This document shows positions 29,406 through 38,930 of a stretch of DNA of 60,519 bases, one piece after another. The stretch's first letter is position 1, and every line of letters begins with the position of its first letter. The DNA is taken from the NCBI GenBank assembly GCA_016928815.1, contig JAFGJZ010000015.1, forward strand, positions 1 to 60,519, in the 5' to 3' direction. The notes beneath the pieces are model-generated. The model was not told where the DNA came from and ran no database searches. It saw only the letters and a list, made by a program, of their open reading frames with translations. The position numbers were made by a program, and so were the translations under genes. The stretch comes from Spirochaetota bacterium (GTDB lineage: Bacteria; Spirochaetota; UBA4802; JAFGJZ01).

Positions 29406-32400
29406 TATTTAACCGCCTTTTTTTTCAGAGCAATTTTAAGTGTTTCGATTTTTTCAATTTCCAGAATATACTGTCTGAATTTACGGTATTCCGAAGGAGG
29501 TATGACTCCTCTTTCAAAATAAAGATTATAATTAATTATTATTTTACGAGGATCACCTGCATCCGTTTCAAATTTCAGATTCACTCTGTTTCCGCCGAAT
29601 GACAGTTCTTTTGATGACGGAATCCGGCTTATTTCATAGTTTAGTGGAATTGTATAAATGAATGAATTTTCATATTTCTTTGTTTCGGAAATATATATAT
29701 CACCGGCCCGGTCAGGTGCCAGTCCGTAAGACTGAAGAAACCCGTATTTAAATGAAACCACGGGGATAAACATTTCCGAACCGACTATTTCGGAAAAACC
29801 TTTTACATCTACATTATATTTATATTCAACCGGCTTATTAAGGTCAAGTGAAGTAAATGAAAAACCGGAAACCACTGATGCCGGAAAAATGGAATTCCAT
29901 GATCTGGAAATTCTTGTTTCAATGTTTACATTTCCCTCGTTCATTATCCTTAACCGGATTGCCGCATCGTTAGTCTTCAATGCCTTTTTAACGATATGCG
30001 CATTACCGTTTTCATAAATCTCAACGTCATCAACATCCTGTTCAAGCGATTGAAAATAGTAGCTGTTTTCAATTTTAACGAAATTGAAAGACTTTTCATC
30101 AAGAACTAGAGAAACCGTCCCCTTGTCGGAATCAACAAGTTCCTTTGGACCGGCCTTCTTTACGGTTCCGTCAAGAAACACAAGACCTTTTCCCGGAAGG
30201 TTAACCCGGCAGACGGCATGATTAAAATTGGAAATGCTCGCGAATTTTTCATCAGTAAAACCGGAATCCGCGGTAATAACAAGTGCAAGCGCCGCATCCA
30301 TTTTCAGATATCTGAAAACAGCAGTAAGCAGCAGAGCAATATCCTTGCAGTCGCCCATCCGTGTCTGATAAACAATGTCGCTTCTTCTCGGTTTTATTCC
30401 GCCGATTCCTATTTCATAACCTACATACCTTGTCCTGTCGGTTATATACTGATACACTGCCTCAATTTTCTCCTCATCAGTCCGGCTTTTTGAAACAACT
30501 TCATCAATTTCGGTTTTCATCTGCTCAGACATTACAATCTGCTTCTCAAACAGCTGTCTGTACCACTGATGGAAACTCTTCCAGCTGTTAAAAGAGGAAA
30601 AAGAAACGGAAGGATACCTTTCCGAAGCAGGAGTCATTTTCTGTTCCTGCATTGCTGAAATAATATTGTTATTCACATAGCTGTAGATTATTTCATTTCC
30701 CGAAATTTCATGCCTGAAATCGGCACCTGAAGAATTCTTAAGCTGATATGTCAACTTCATGGACAGAGGCACTGCTATTCTGTTAACGGCCCGCAGAATA
30801 CGGTAACGGGTATCAAACCGTTTTGTCGAGCTGTAATAGCCTCTGTATTCAGAATCCGACTTTGAGTGAATCACATAATTGAAATAAATTATCGAATTTT
30901 CCATCAGTTCAGGTATCGTTATTACTGCAGCAGTGGAATCATAATAGAGACGGCTTTCGGGCGAAGACAGCTGCTGATAATTCATATTATTTACATGAAC
31001 AGCTTCACCGTTTGTTTCAACAACACAGGATACTGAAATTATTTTATCATCTGACGGGCTGAATACAAAATTCTGCTGCATCAGGGGCTTGACATTATCC
31101 GGATTGAATATTTTATAGGCCTTCCTGACAGATTTCAAAACAGAACCGTCACTCATGACTTTTTCAACATTTTCATCAAAAAGCATAACCGCAGGTTCGT
31201 TGTCATACACGTCGGCGGACGCGGATAACTCTTTCAGATCTGCATCATCCTTATATTTAAGAAGCGGGTCTTTGTTTTTATTAACGAAATCATAATATTC
31301 ACTGAAATAATTTTCAGAAGGGTTCATTACGGAAGCCTGTTTTAAATGGAACAATGCGAGATCTTTCCTGCCCGTCATCTCATATACTCTTGATAAATAA
31401 AAATCCGTGTATGAGTTATGTGAACATTTTTTAGCAGCAGCTGCAAGATACGTCAATGCCCTGTTGTCAGCACGCTCATTCAATGAAGCCATCGCGGCGG
31501 TATGATTGAACACGGTATTATTGTAAAAAACATATGAAAACAGCGCAGCCTGAGCCGAAATTTCCGCAGGTGACGAAATATTATTCATGCATTCCAGCAA
31601 TGATTCCGCAAAATTACGGCTGTATCTGTTTAATCCGTTCAATTCCCTGTAAATTTCAAGAAGTCTGGAATAATTATAATTTTTCTTTTCGATCATTGCC
31701 TCAAACATTAATTTATCACCGATGGACATTTTCTTTCCAATCTGTTCAAGTTTTTCATAAGCTCTGTCATTCCAGTCCTTTTCTATGTAAAAACTTATTT
31801 CTGCAGACATCGCAAAAATACTGTTTTTATTGTTCTGAAAAATGTCATTCATCACCTTTTCCGCATCATAAACGAAACCGTTATATAACAGCATTGAAAA
31901 CAGCTGGTATCTTGCCGCATCATTCAGCGGGTCCGCCTTAATGGCATTCCGCAGATAGAAATCCTTTTTTTCAGGTGAACTTTCCGCAGCTGAACATAAA
32001 GTCTGTGCAAAGGAATAGAATGGCGATTCTTTCTGAATTCTGTTAAGATAGGTCGAAGCACTGATGCCGTTATTCTGATAATCGATTATCTGAAGAAACA
32101 TTCCCTGATTAATAAGAAATTTTTCATCCTGTGAACCGGTTGACAAATCAAGTCCCAATCCCGGACGAACGGTATATGCAGAGGGATGTTCCGGCTGCTG
32201 CTGCGGCATGTCCAGTGAAGTTTCAACAGGTTCAAAATTACTGTCAGTCATCTGAATGCCGAAAGCAGCTTCATTTTCATTATTTCCGCTGAGTTTTACA
32301 AGAACAGTGTGGACTCCTTTTTTCAGATCAATTTCCGCAACATACTGTCCTGGAAATGATTTATGCTGGGAATAATCATTAAATATTTTTACACCGTCGA

Positions 32401-33079
32401 CAAACAATTCAAACGGACCGGTCTTGCAGATGTACATGTAATATTTTCCGTCATTTTCAGACTTTGCCGCGAATTCAGCAAAATATACATCCTGTTCCTG
32501 ACGCCTGAACAGATAATTAAAATCAACATCTCCGTCCCTCCCGCTTCGGATATCAGTCCAGCCTGTCTGCAGATTACGGCTGTTTAAAAACTGTTTGTTT
32601 TTCAGAAACCCTGTATCCATGTCAATAAAACCGGAAAGATCCGTAAAACTGAAAGGACCGGCAATTTTATAATTTTCAACCCATCCTGAATTCTTTTTCA
32701 TTTTTTCTGCAGCAGGGAAATTTCCCTTCATAAGTTCAATTCCTAGAATGACATTATCAAGCAGATTCCGCGCTTCATGATCTGAAGACAAGTTACTCCC
32801 TGATCTCAGGCGGATCAGCATATTCTCAAGTTCGCTTATTCTGCTCAGATCAGGAAAAGAACTTATCATTGCGGTAATTCCCGAACAGAAAGCCAGTCTG
32901 GAATTTTCGGTCATCAGCTGCTCAAAAAGTGCATCGACGGCATTAAAAAGATTCCCTTTTTTATAGGATTGATAATATTTGACCAGATAGTCACTTTCGT
33001 TCTGGGGCAATACAGATGTAAAGGGAATGATAATCAGCAGTACGGCAGGTAAAACAGTTTTTCTGAAAAAATTTTTCAT
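29405..33079 (-). CDS. giant secreted DUF3857 / transglutaminase-core / DUF3858-like protein
   Basis: Signal peptide. The transglutaminase core is GDCKDIALLLTAVFRYLKMDA ... FNHAVCRV ... VFLDGT (Cys-His-Asp). Its stop overlaps the next gene's start by 1 nt (TAATG at 29403..29407). Confidence 0.7.
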   Translation of the reverse strand: MKNFFRKTVLPAVLLIIIPFTSVLPQNESDYLVKYYQSYKKGNLFNAVDALFEQLMTENSRLAFCSGITAMISSFPDLSRISELENMLIRLRSGSNLSSDHEARNLLDNVILGIELMKGNFPAAEKMKKNSGWVENYKIAGPFSFTDLSGFIDMDTGFLKNKQFLNSRNLQTGWTDIRSGRDGDVDFNYLFRRQEQDVYFAEFAAKSENDGKYYMYICKTGPFELFVDGVKIFNDYSQHKSFPGQYVAEIDLKKGVHTVLVKLSGNNENEAAFGIQMTDSNFEPVETSLDMPQQQPEHPSAYTVRPGLGLDLSTGSQDEKFLINQGMFLQIIDYQNNGISASTYLNRIQKESPFYSFAQTLCSAAESSPEKKDFYLRNAIKADPLNDAARYQLFSMLLYNGFVYDAEKVMNDIFQNNKNSIFAMSAEISFYIEKDWNDRAYEKLEQIGKKMSIGDKLMFEAMIEKKNYNYSRLLEIYRELNGLNRYSRNFAESLLECMNNISSPAEISAQAALFSYVFYNNTVFNHTAAMASLNERADNRALTYLAAAAKKCSHNSYTDFYLSRVYEMTGRKDLALFHLKQASVMNPSENYFSEYYDFVNKNKDPLLKYKDDADLKELSASADVYDNEPAVMLFDENVEKVMSDGSVLKSVRKAYKIFNPDNVKPLMQQNFVFSPSDDKIISVSCVVETNGEAVHVNNMNYQQLSSPESRLYYDSTAAVITIPELMENSIIYFNYVIHSKSDSEYRGYYSSTKRFDTRYRILRAVNRIAVPLSMKLTYQLKNSSGADFRHEISGNEIIYSYVNNNIISAMQEQKMTPASERYPSVSFSSFNSWKSFHQWYRQLFEKQIVMSEQMKTEIDEVVSKSRTDEEKIEAVYQYITDRTRYVGYEIGIGGIKPRRSDIVYQTRMGDCKDIALLLTAVFRYLKMDAALALVITADSGFTDEKFASISNFNHAVCRVNLPGKGLVFLDGTVKKAGPKELVDSDKGTVSLVLDEKSFNFVKIENSYYFQSLEQDVDDVEIYENGNAHIVKKALKTNDAAIRLRIMNEGNVNIETRISRSWNSIFPASVVSGFSFTSLDLNKPVEYKYNVDVKGFSEIVGSEMFIPVVSFKYGFLQSYGLAPDRAGDIYISETKKYENSFIYTIPLNYEISRIPSSKELSFGGNRVNLKFETDAGDPRKIIINYNLYFERGVIPPSEYRKFRQYILEIEKIETLKIALKKKAVK

Positions 33080-33088
33080 GTAATCCTT

Positions 33089-34450
33089 CTATTTTCCGAT
33101 GCAAAACCTGCTGAAAACAGAATCAAGAACATCATCAGGTGAGATATCTCCCGTAATTTCAGAGAGAGTAGAAATCAGCTGCTGCAGTTCAAATGCTGTA
33201 ATTTCCGGCGGTTCACCGTTTTTTATAACTTCCGTTACACTATCGCACAATGAACATGATTTTTCAAGCAGATTTAATACCCTGGCATCAGCTATAAATC
33301 CTGTCTGAAAACCCTCAAATCCCGAATAAATGAGAGACTTTACGGCCTCTTCCAGGTCCCGCAGTCCGGTACCGGTCCTGGCGGAAAAATTTACTACAGG
33401 TTTTCCGGGAACAAATTCAGCGGCTATTTCATTCCGGAATGAATCATTTACTGCATCCGTTTTGTTCAGAAGATATATTACATTTGAAGAAGAAACAAGA
33501 TTCAGAATGTTGACATCCTTATCAGTCATTTTTTCAGAAGCATCAAATACCGCCAGTACAATGAGAGAATTTTTAACTGCATCAAGGGATTTCTCAATTC
33601 CCTTTTTTTCAATGCTGTCCTCAGCGTCATGAATACCTGCGGTATCAATAAGATTTACATGCACTCCGGCTATCTGAATCGTTTCCTTGACTATATCACG
33701 CGTCGTTCCCGGAATTTCAGAAACAATCGCACGTTCAGTATTCAGTAAAAGGTTCAGAATGCTTGATTTCCCGACATTCGGTTTTCCGGCAATCGCAACA
33801 TTAACTCCGTGCGAAATTTTTGATCCTATTCTGCATCTGTCATATAACTGTTCAATTAACTGTTTAAGCCCTTCAATCTGCTTCAGGGCATTTTCCACAG
33901 AAATGAATTCAATATCCTCCGCGAGAAAATCAATTCCGCATTCAACATCAGCTTTGATATGAATTACCTTTTCACGTATAGAATTAACCGCCTGCTTCAA
34001 TGAACCGTGCATCTGGCCGAGAGCTGTAGAAATCTCCCAGTCGCTTCTTGCACAGATAATCTGGTTTACGGCTTCAGCTTCGGTCAGATCCATTTTTCCG
34101 TTCAGAAACGCTTTTTTTGTAAATTCGCCCGGCATGGCCTGACGTATTCCCATATCCTGCAGAAGCTTCAGAACCGACTGTACGATTAAGAAATTACCAT
34201 GACAGGAAATTTCAATTACATCCTCCCCGGTATAGCTTTCAGGCCCCTTAAAATATGTGAGCAGGACATCATCAATAATTTTTTCCCTGTCAATGATTCT
34301 TCCGAAGACAGTCTTTCTGTGTTCAATTTTTTTAAATGAAGAAAAATACTTTTCAGCGGATTCAAGAATATTGTTTCCGCTGACGCGTATTATTGAAATT
34401 GCAGAGTTCAGCGGCGAAGTCGCCGCTGCACATATTGCATCCTGATACAT
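33089..34450 (-). CDS. mnmE: tRNA uridine-5-carboxymethylaminomethyl modification GTPase MnmE
   Basis: GKPNVGKSS and DTAG G-motifs, with the C-terminal FCIGK signature. Confidence 0.95.
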   Translation of the reverse strand: MYQDAICAAATSPLNSAISIIRVSGNNILESAEKYFSSFKKIEHRKTVFGRIIDREKIIDDVLLTYFKGPESYTGEDVIEISCHGNFLIVQSVLKLLQDMGIRQAMPGEFTKKAFLNGKMDLTEAEAVNQIICARSDWEISTALGQMHGSLKQAVNSIREKVIHIKADVECGIDFLAEDIEFISVENALKQIEGLKQLIEQLYDRCRIGSKISHGVNVAIAGKPNVGKSSILNLLLNTERAIVSEIPGTTRDIVKETIQIAGVHVNLIDTAGIHDAEDSIEKKGIEKSLDAVKNSLIVLAVFDASEKMTDKDVNILNLVSSSNVIYLLNKTDAVNDSFRNEIAAEFVPGKPVVNFSARTGTGLRDLEEAVKSLIYSGFEGFQTGFIADARVLNLLEKSCSLCDSVTEVIKNGEPPEITAFELQQLISTLSEITGDISPDDVLDSVFSRFCIGK

Positions 34451-34452
34451 GA

Positions 34453-35106
34453 TTAACCTTTATAGTTTTTAGGTGAAATTCTCACTTTGCGGTAAATTCC
34501 CTGGCCTTCACTTTTCGTATCAACCTGATCATTATTCTGCAGCGTAAGATGTATGAGACGTCTTTCGAAAGGATTCATCGGCTCAAGCGTCCATGGTTTT
34601 CCCGAACGGATAACTTTCTTGGCAATATCATATGATAGACGTTTGAGAGCACGTTCCCTTTTCGCCCTGTATGATTCAATATCCAGAATTATTTTCTTTT
34701 CACTTTTTGTTTTTGTAGCAACCATCAGATTGACAAGAAACTGGATTGCCTCGAGAGTTTTCCCCTTTTTACCGATTATCAGGCCGGAATCGGAGCTCTC
34801 TATTTCAAGATATACCTTTGCGGCACCTTCATGCATTTCTGAAATTTCAGCTTTAATATCCATCAGGCGCATCAGTTCCGTGAAAACGGAGACCACCTCA
34901 CCTGCAATATCGGTAGTGTTCACATTTATTGAAACCCGTATTTTTGCCGCTCTTGAGATTCCGAGACCGAACATTCCGGTTTTACCTTCATCAAGAATCT
35001 CAATATCGGCATCTGCCGAAAGCATTCTGTAGTCTAGACCGAGTTCCTTAGCTGCCTTTTTTTTGGCATCATCAATTGATTTGCCTTCAACTTCTATCAC
35101 TTTCAT
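34453..35106 (-). CDS. jag: RNA-binding protein Jag/KhpB (Jag_N, KH, R3H)
   Basis: IGKKGKTLEAIQFL (KH GXXG) and the R3H block LEPMNPFERRLIHL. It occupies the conserved position between yidC and mnmE. Confidence 0.9.
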   Translation of the reverse strand: MKVIEVEGKSIDDAKKKAAKELGLDYRMLSADADIEILDEGKTGMFGLGISRAAKIRVSINVNTTDIAGEVVSVFTELMRLMDIKAEISEMHEGAAKVYLEIESSDSGLIIGKKGKTLEAIQFLVNLMVATKTKSEKKIILDIESYRAKRERALKRLSYDIAKKVIRSGKPWTLEPMNPFERRLIHLTLQNNDQVDTKSEGQGIYRKVRISPKNYKG

Positions 35107-35117
35107 ATATAACCCCG

Positions 35118-36800
35118 TTATTTCCCTTTCTTATTTACAAGCCACTGATGCCCTATCTGCACGATATTCTGTACAATCCAGTAAAGAATAAGTCCTGACG
35201 GCATAGACCAGAAAATAAAGAGCATCATCAGAGGCATCATCTTCATCATCATCTGCTGCTGTGCATTACCTGAATCCATTGTAGTCATCTTCTGCTGAAA
35301 AAACGTGGTAACCGTCATCAGAAGCGGAAGTATGTTGATATCAAAACCGCCGATACTGAATGCAGCATCAGGAGAAGACAGATCCTTAATCCAGAAAATC
35401 CACGGCGCATCCCACATTCCCAGAGAGTTGGAAAGCGCTGAATACAGTGCAATGAAAAAAGGCATCTGTACAAGAAGCGGCAGACATCCTCCCATTGGAT
35501 TAACCTGGTTTTCCTTATAAAGTTCCATCGTTTTTCGCTGAATAAGCTCAGGTTTGTCCTTATATTTGGTTTTTAATTCATTAATCTGGGGAGCAAGCGC
35601 AGACATTTTCTTCATAGACTGGGTTGATTTATGGGTCAGCGGAAGAAAAATAAGTTTTGTAAATATTGAAAATATTACAATCGTCCATCCGAAGTTTGAT
35701 ATAAATTTATGAAGGAAATTCAGAAACAGAATTACAAATGCTCTGATAGGTTCAATGAAATTATTTACGTCGTTTGCTTCTTTCAAGGTCGGAGCGGCTG
35801 TTGCAAGTTTTTTCTCATCCTTTTCAGTAATGCATATTCTGAAGGAATTTTCTATTTTTGAACCGGCTGAAATTTCCTTTAGGTTTGAGACAATACCGGT
35901 TCTGTATCCTGTATCGTTATCCGCATCCCATATTACTGAATCGGATTTGAAATCCTGAGGAATCATTACTGCAACAAAAAATCTGCTTAATATTCCAGCC
36001 CATTCAACGGCGGCTTTTTCCGATTTAACAGGTTCAGCTTTCTTTGAACCGAAGATTCCGAGAAAACCTCCACCGCCGCCTTTATTCGCTTTTTTAAGTT
36101 TATCTTTAATTGAATAAATACTGTAAAGTCTGCCATAGTAACCTTTGTAGGACTTAAGTCTCGGTCCGAGAAAATCCGAAATTGAATAAATGACTTTTCC
36201 GTCCGGAAGACGTACTAAGTCCTGACCCTGGTTAAGTATTCTGTATGTCAGATTGAAATAATATTCCGATTTGTTGAATTTGAAGATTTTCTGAATAACT
36301 ACATTTTTACCGTCAATTACTGAATTTATGCTGAAGATGTAAGTATCATCACCCTGTTTCTCGGCCGCCCAGACTGAATTTTCAAGACTGCTTCCTTTAA
36401 TGAAATCATCTTCCGTAAAATGAAGTGCAAAATCAAAATTGCCTTTATTACTCAAGTCTTCATTTACAACTGTCAGATCGATGTTTCTTTCACCATAGAC
36501 CAGAGACTTGACAGAAGCACCTTTATTTGTAAGAATTATTTTGTAAAAATCAGTTGCTATTTCAAAATTCTGTTCAGGTATGTTTTCAGGGATTACAGCC
36601 GCAATCTCCGGATTGCTTTCTGGAACGGCAGATACTGCGGATTCCTTTACCGCTTCCGTTGATTTTTTATTTTCCTGAGTCTGTTCTGTTACAGTATTAT
36701 CTGCCGGCTGTTCTACCGGCGGAGGACCTACAATTGCATACCAGCCGATAAGTACGGCTGCTGAAAGGACTACTGCTAATATGGTTCTTTTATTATCCAT
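35118..36800 (-). CDS. yidC: membrane protein insertase YidC
   Basis: N-terminal TM helix, a large periplasmic domain, and the 60-kDa IMP core (WTIVIFSIFTKLIFLPLT, NPMGGCLPLLVQMPFFIALY, PSGLILYW). Confidence 0.95.
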   Translation of the reverse strand: MDNKRTILAVVLSAAVLIGWYAIVGPPPVEQPADNTVTEQTQENKKSTEAVKESAVSAVPESNPEIAAVIPENIPEQNFEIATDFYKIILTNKGASVKSLVYGERNIDLTVVNEDLSNKGNFDFALHFTEDDFIKGSSLENSVWAAEKQGDDTYIFSINSVIDGKNVVIQKIFKFNKSEYYFNLTYRILNQGQDLVRLPDGKVIYSISDFLGPRLKSYKGYYGRLYSIYSIKDKLKKANKGGGGGFLGIFGSKKAEPVKSEKAAVEWAGILSRFFVAVMIPQDFKSDSVIWDADNDTGYRTGIVSNLKEISAGSKIENSFRICITEKDEKKLATAAPTLKEANDVNNFIEPIRAFVILFLNFLHKFISNFGWTIVIFSIFTKLIFLPLTHKSTQSMKKMSALAPQINELKTKYKDKPELIQRKTMELYKENQVNPMGGCLPLLVQMPFFIALYSALSNSLGMWDAPWIFWIKDLSSPDAAFSIGGFDINILPLLMTVTTFFQQKMTTMDSGNAQQQMMMKMMPLMMLFIFWSMPSGLILYWIVQNIVQIGHQWLVNKKGK

Positions 36801-36869
36801 TTTTATATCCTGTCTATTATTTTTTCAAACAACAGCCATGGGACAAAAAGAACCGGAAGAAGTTACAAA

Positions 36870-37109
36870 TCAGGGAACAGGATCGTAACCGCCCTCAAAA
36901 AGGGGATTACATCTTAAAATCCTTTTAACAGCAAGAAACAGCCCTTTAATCAATCCGTATTTACGGAGGGCCTGTGCTGCATATTCCGAACATGTAGGAT
37001 AATACCGGCAGGCTTTCGGTAAAAAGGGCGATATTATCCTTTTATATATTTTTAAAACCATTAATGGTAATAATATTATAATTCTATGTAAGCCGTATTT
37101 AAATTTCAT
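36870..37109 (-). CDS. yidD: membrane protein insertion efficiency factor YidD
   Basis: [19 protein letters not shown]...[17 protein letters not shown]. Confidence 0.9.
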   Translation of the reverse strand: MKFKYGLHRIIILLPLMVLKIYKRIISPFLPKACRYYPTCSEYAAQALRKYGLIKGLFLAVKRILRCNPLFEGGYDPVP

Positions 37110-37479
37110 CTTTTAATACACCGGTTTTAATCAGCAGTTTCAGCAGTTCCTTTTTCAGTTCATCATGATTAATCTTATTGATTCCGTTATATACATTAAT
37201 GCTCATACAAAAGTTCCCGGTAAATGTAATTTCATTTAATACAGCCCTGACTCTTCTTCTGGCTCTGTTTCTCTCATACGCTTTTCCGAATTTCTTCCCT
37301 GTAATGACCGCCAGTTTGAATTCTGCTTTGCCGTCCGCTTTTCTGCTGCAGAATCCCCCTGCGTCATATCGGCATTTTTTCAAAACTACCGCGCTTAAGC
37401 TGTCTGTTTTATGCCTTTTTCCTTTTTCATATACTTCATTGAAACAATTTTTACCTTTGAGAGAAAATATTTTCTTCAC
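37099..37479 (-). CDS. rnpA: ribonuclease P protein component
   Basis: GTG start 6 nt after rpmH. The basic RnpA motif is present ([16 protein letters not shown]). It overlaps yidD by 11 nt. Confidence 0.85.
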   Translation of the reverse strand: MKKIFSLKGKNCFNEVYEKGKRHKTDSLSAVVLKKCRYDAGGFCSRKADGKAEFKLAVITGKKFGKAYERNRARRRVRAVLNEITFTGNFCMSINVYNGINKINHDELKKELLKLLIKTGVLKDEI

Positions 37480-37485
37480 AATCTG

Positions 37486-37641
37486 TTATTTTTTATGTGT
37501 CTCATCAGAAACTGTAAGTTTATGTCTTCCTTTACGTCTTCTTCTGCGGATAACATCCTGTCCGCCGACAGTACTCATTCTTTCACGGAATCCGTGAACT
37601 CTTAATCTTTTAATTACACTCGGCTGAAAAGTTCTTTTCAT
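37486..37641 (-). CDS. rpmH: 50S ribosomal protein L34
   Basis: Not in the ORF track because it is under 60 aa. Hand translation gives [51 protein letters not shown], with an AAGAGG RBS. Confidence 0.9.
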   Translation of the reverse strand: MKRTFQPSVIKRLRVHGFRERMSTVGGQDVIRRRRRKGRHKLTVSDETHKK

Positions 37642-37697
37642 AGTTACTACCTCTTTATATTTCCAAAATCATTTTTTGCATACAGGTACAGAATATG

Positions 37698-37725
37698 AAT
37701 TTAAAAACAGGGCGTATAATGTCAA
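37698..37725 (-). promoter_or_regulatory. putative promoter of the rpmH cluster
   Basis: Minus strand: TTGACA (37725..37720), 16 nt, TAAATT (37703..37698). Confidence 0.4.
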
Positions 37726-37983
37726 TTCCATTTTAACGATTTAGAGTAAAATTAATTGATATATGAAGAAAATTAGCTGATTTTAGAAGAAAATACCGGA
37801 TTATAAAAAAACTTACGTTCCTCAAATTCAAATTTCATTCGTTATATGCTGATTTCAAGGTTTTATTCCTAATTTGCTGATATTTTTCATAATTTTCTGA
37901 AATAGAAACAACATAAATTCCAATAATAATGCTGCTTCATTGGAAACCATACTGATTATATGAAAAACGGTTTTGTAACTATT

Positions 37984-38005
37984 AAAAAAGGGCGTTGCCG
38001 CCCTT
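37984..38005 (-). terminator. intrinsic terminator after the ferritin gene
   Basis: Minus strand: AAGGGCG-GCAA-CGCCCTT followed by a T-run, starting 5 nt after the stop. Confidence 0.75.
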
Positions 38006-38009
38006 TGAG

Positions 38010-38501
38010 TTACTGCCGTTTGCCGAGATGATGATCCAGCTGGTAAAGACCGCCGACACTTTCCTTAATCATTTTCAGTGTCTCCAGAATGTAGGATGAA
38101 TTTGACTCCTCCTCAACCTGTTCTTTGATGAACCAGTTCAGAATTTCCTCGGAAGCATAATCTTTTTCCTCTTTTGCGGAATCCATCAGCGAATAAATCA
38201 TTTTTGTAACCTTCGTTTCATGCTCATATACTGTTTCAAAAACCTCGAGTGCTGATTTCCAGCTGTTTTCAGGAGCTTCTATCGGCTGAAGAGTGATTTT
38301 TCCTCCTCTTTCAAGTACATATCCGTAAAATTTCATTGCATGTTCAGTCTCCTCTTTTGCCTAAAGTTTCAGCCAGTGGGCAAAACCGTTTAAATTACGT
38401 TCTGCAAAATATGCAGCCATCTGCAGATAAAGATAAGCTGAAAAAAGCTCCCTGTTTACCTGAGTATTGATTGCATCTCCCATTTTTTTGGAAATATTCA
38501 T
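38010..38501 (-). pseudogene. ferritin (Ftn-type) interrupted by one in-frame TAG
   Basis: From ATG 38501 (AAGGAG RBS) the frame reads MNISKKMGDAINTQVNRELFSAYLYLQMAAYFAERNLNGFAHWLKL, then TAG at 38363..38361. The same frame continues AKEETEHAMKFYGYVLERGG...EQVEEE...LGKRQ. Read through, this is a normal-length ferritin with the di-iron ligand blocks. Confidence 0.75.
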
Positions 38502-38930
38502 TCTTTTCTCCTTAATTATAATATATTTCATAAATACCGGACGGATTGCTCCGCACATCAGTAATATTATCTCATCAAACACATTAATCCATAAAATTTA
38601 GCTTCGATAAGTATATTTTTTAACCATCAGCTTTAAATTCCGGATCTCAGTTATTATACAGCAGATAAAAGACATTTAAATCGAATATGTTAGTTAGAAC
38701 CGGAGCCGAAGAACGGAAAAATAATGATTATTCCGCGGTTAAAGCTTCATAAGATATAATTTCAAATGCAGATGAAACATAAGCACAAATCAGTATAATT
38801 CGAAAAAAATTTTTCGAATGTGGACAAACATGAAATCCCGTGAAACAGCAGCAGCTTCTGCCTGAAAAATTCTGCATATAACATATTTTCCAGGGTGAAA
38901 TTATATGTATAATGCACTTTATTTATTCAG

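Noticed and set aside
37642-37983. The AT-rich 340-bp region upstream of rpmH was considered as a possible replication origin.
   Set aside because: No dnaA or dnaN gene is adjacent. I find no cluster of TTATCCACA-like DnaA boxes, only three GCTGAT(T/A)T direct repeats (near 37767, 37848 and 37885) and a plausible rpmH promoter.
38798-38819. An A/T-rich palindrome, ATTCGAAAAA-AA-TTTTTCGAAT, lies between the GGDEF gene and the ferritin gene.
   Set aside because: It is about 300 nt from the ferritin start and about 110 nt past the GGDEF stop. It could be a weak terminator or an operator, but nothing in the sequence lets me decide.
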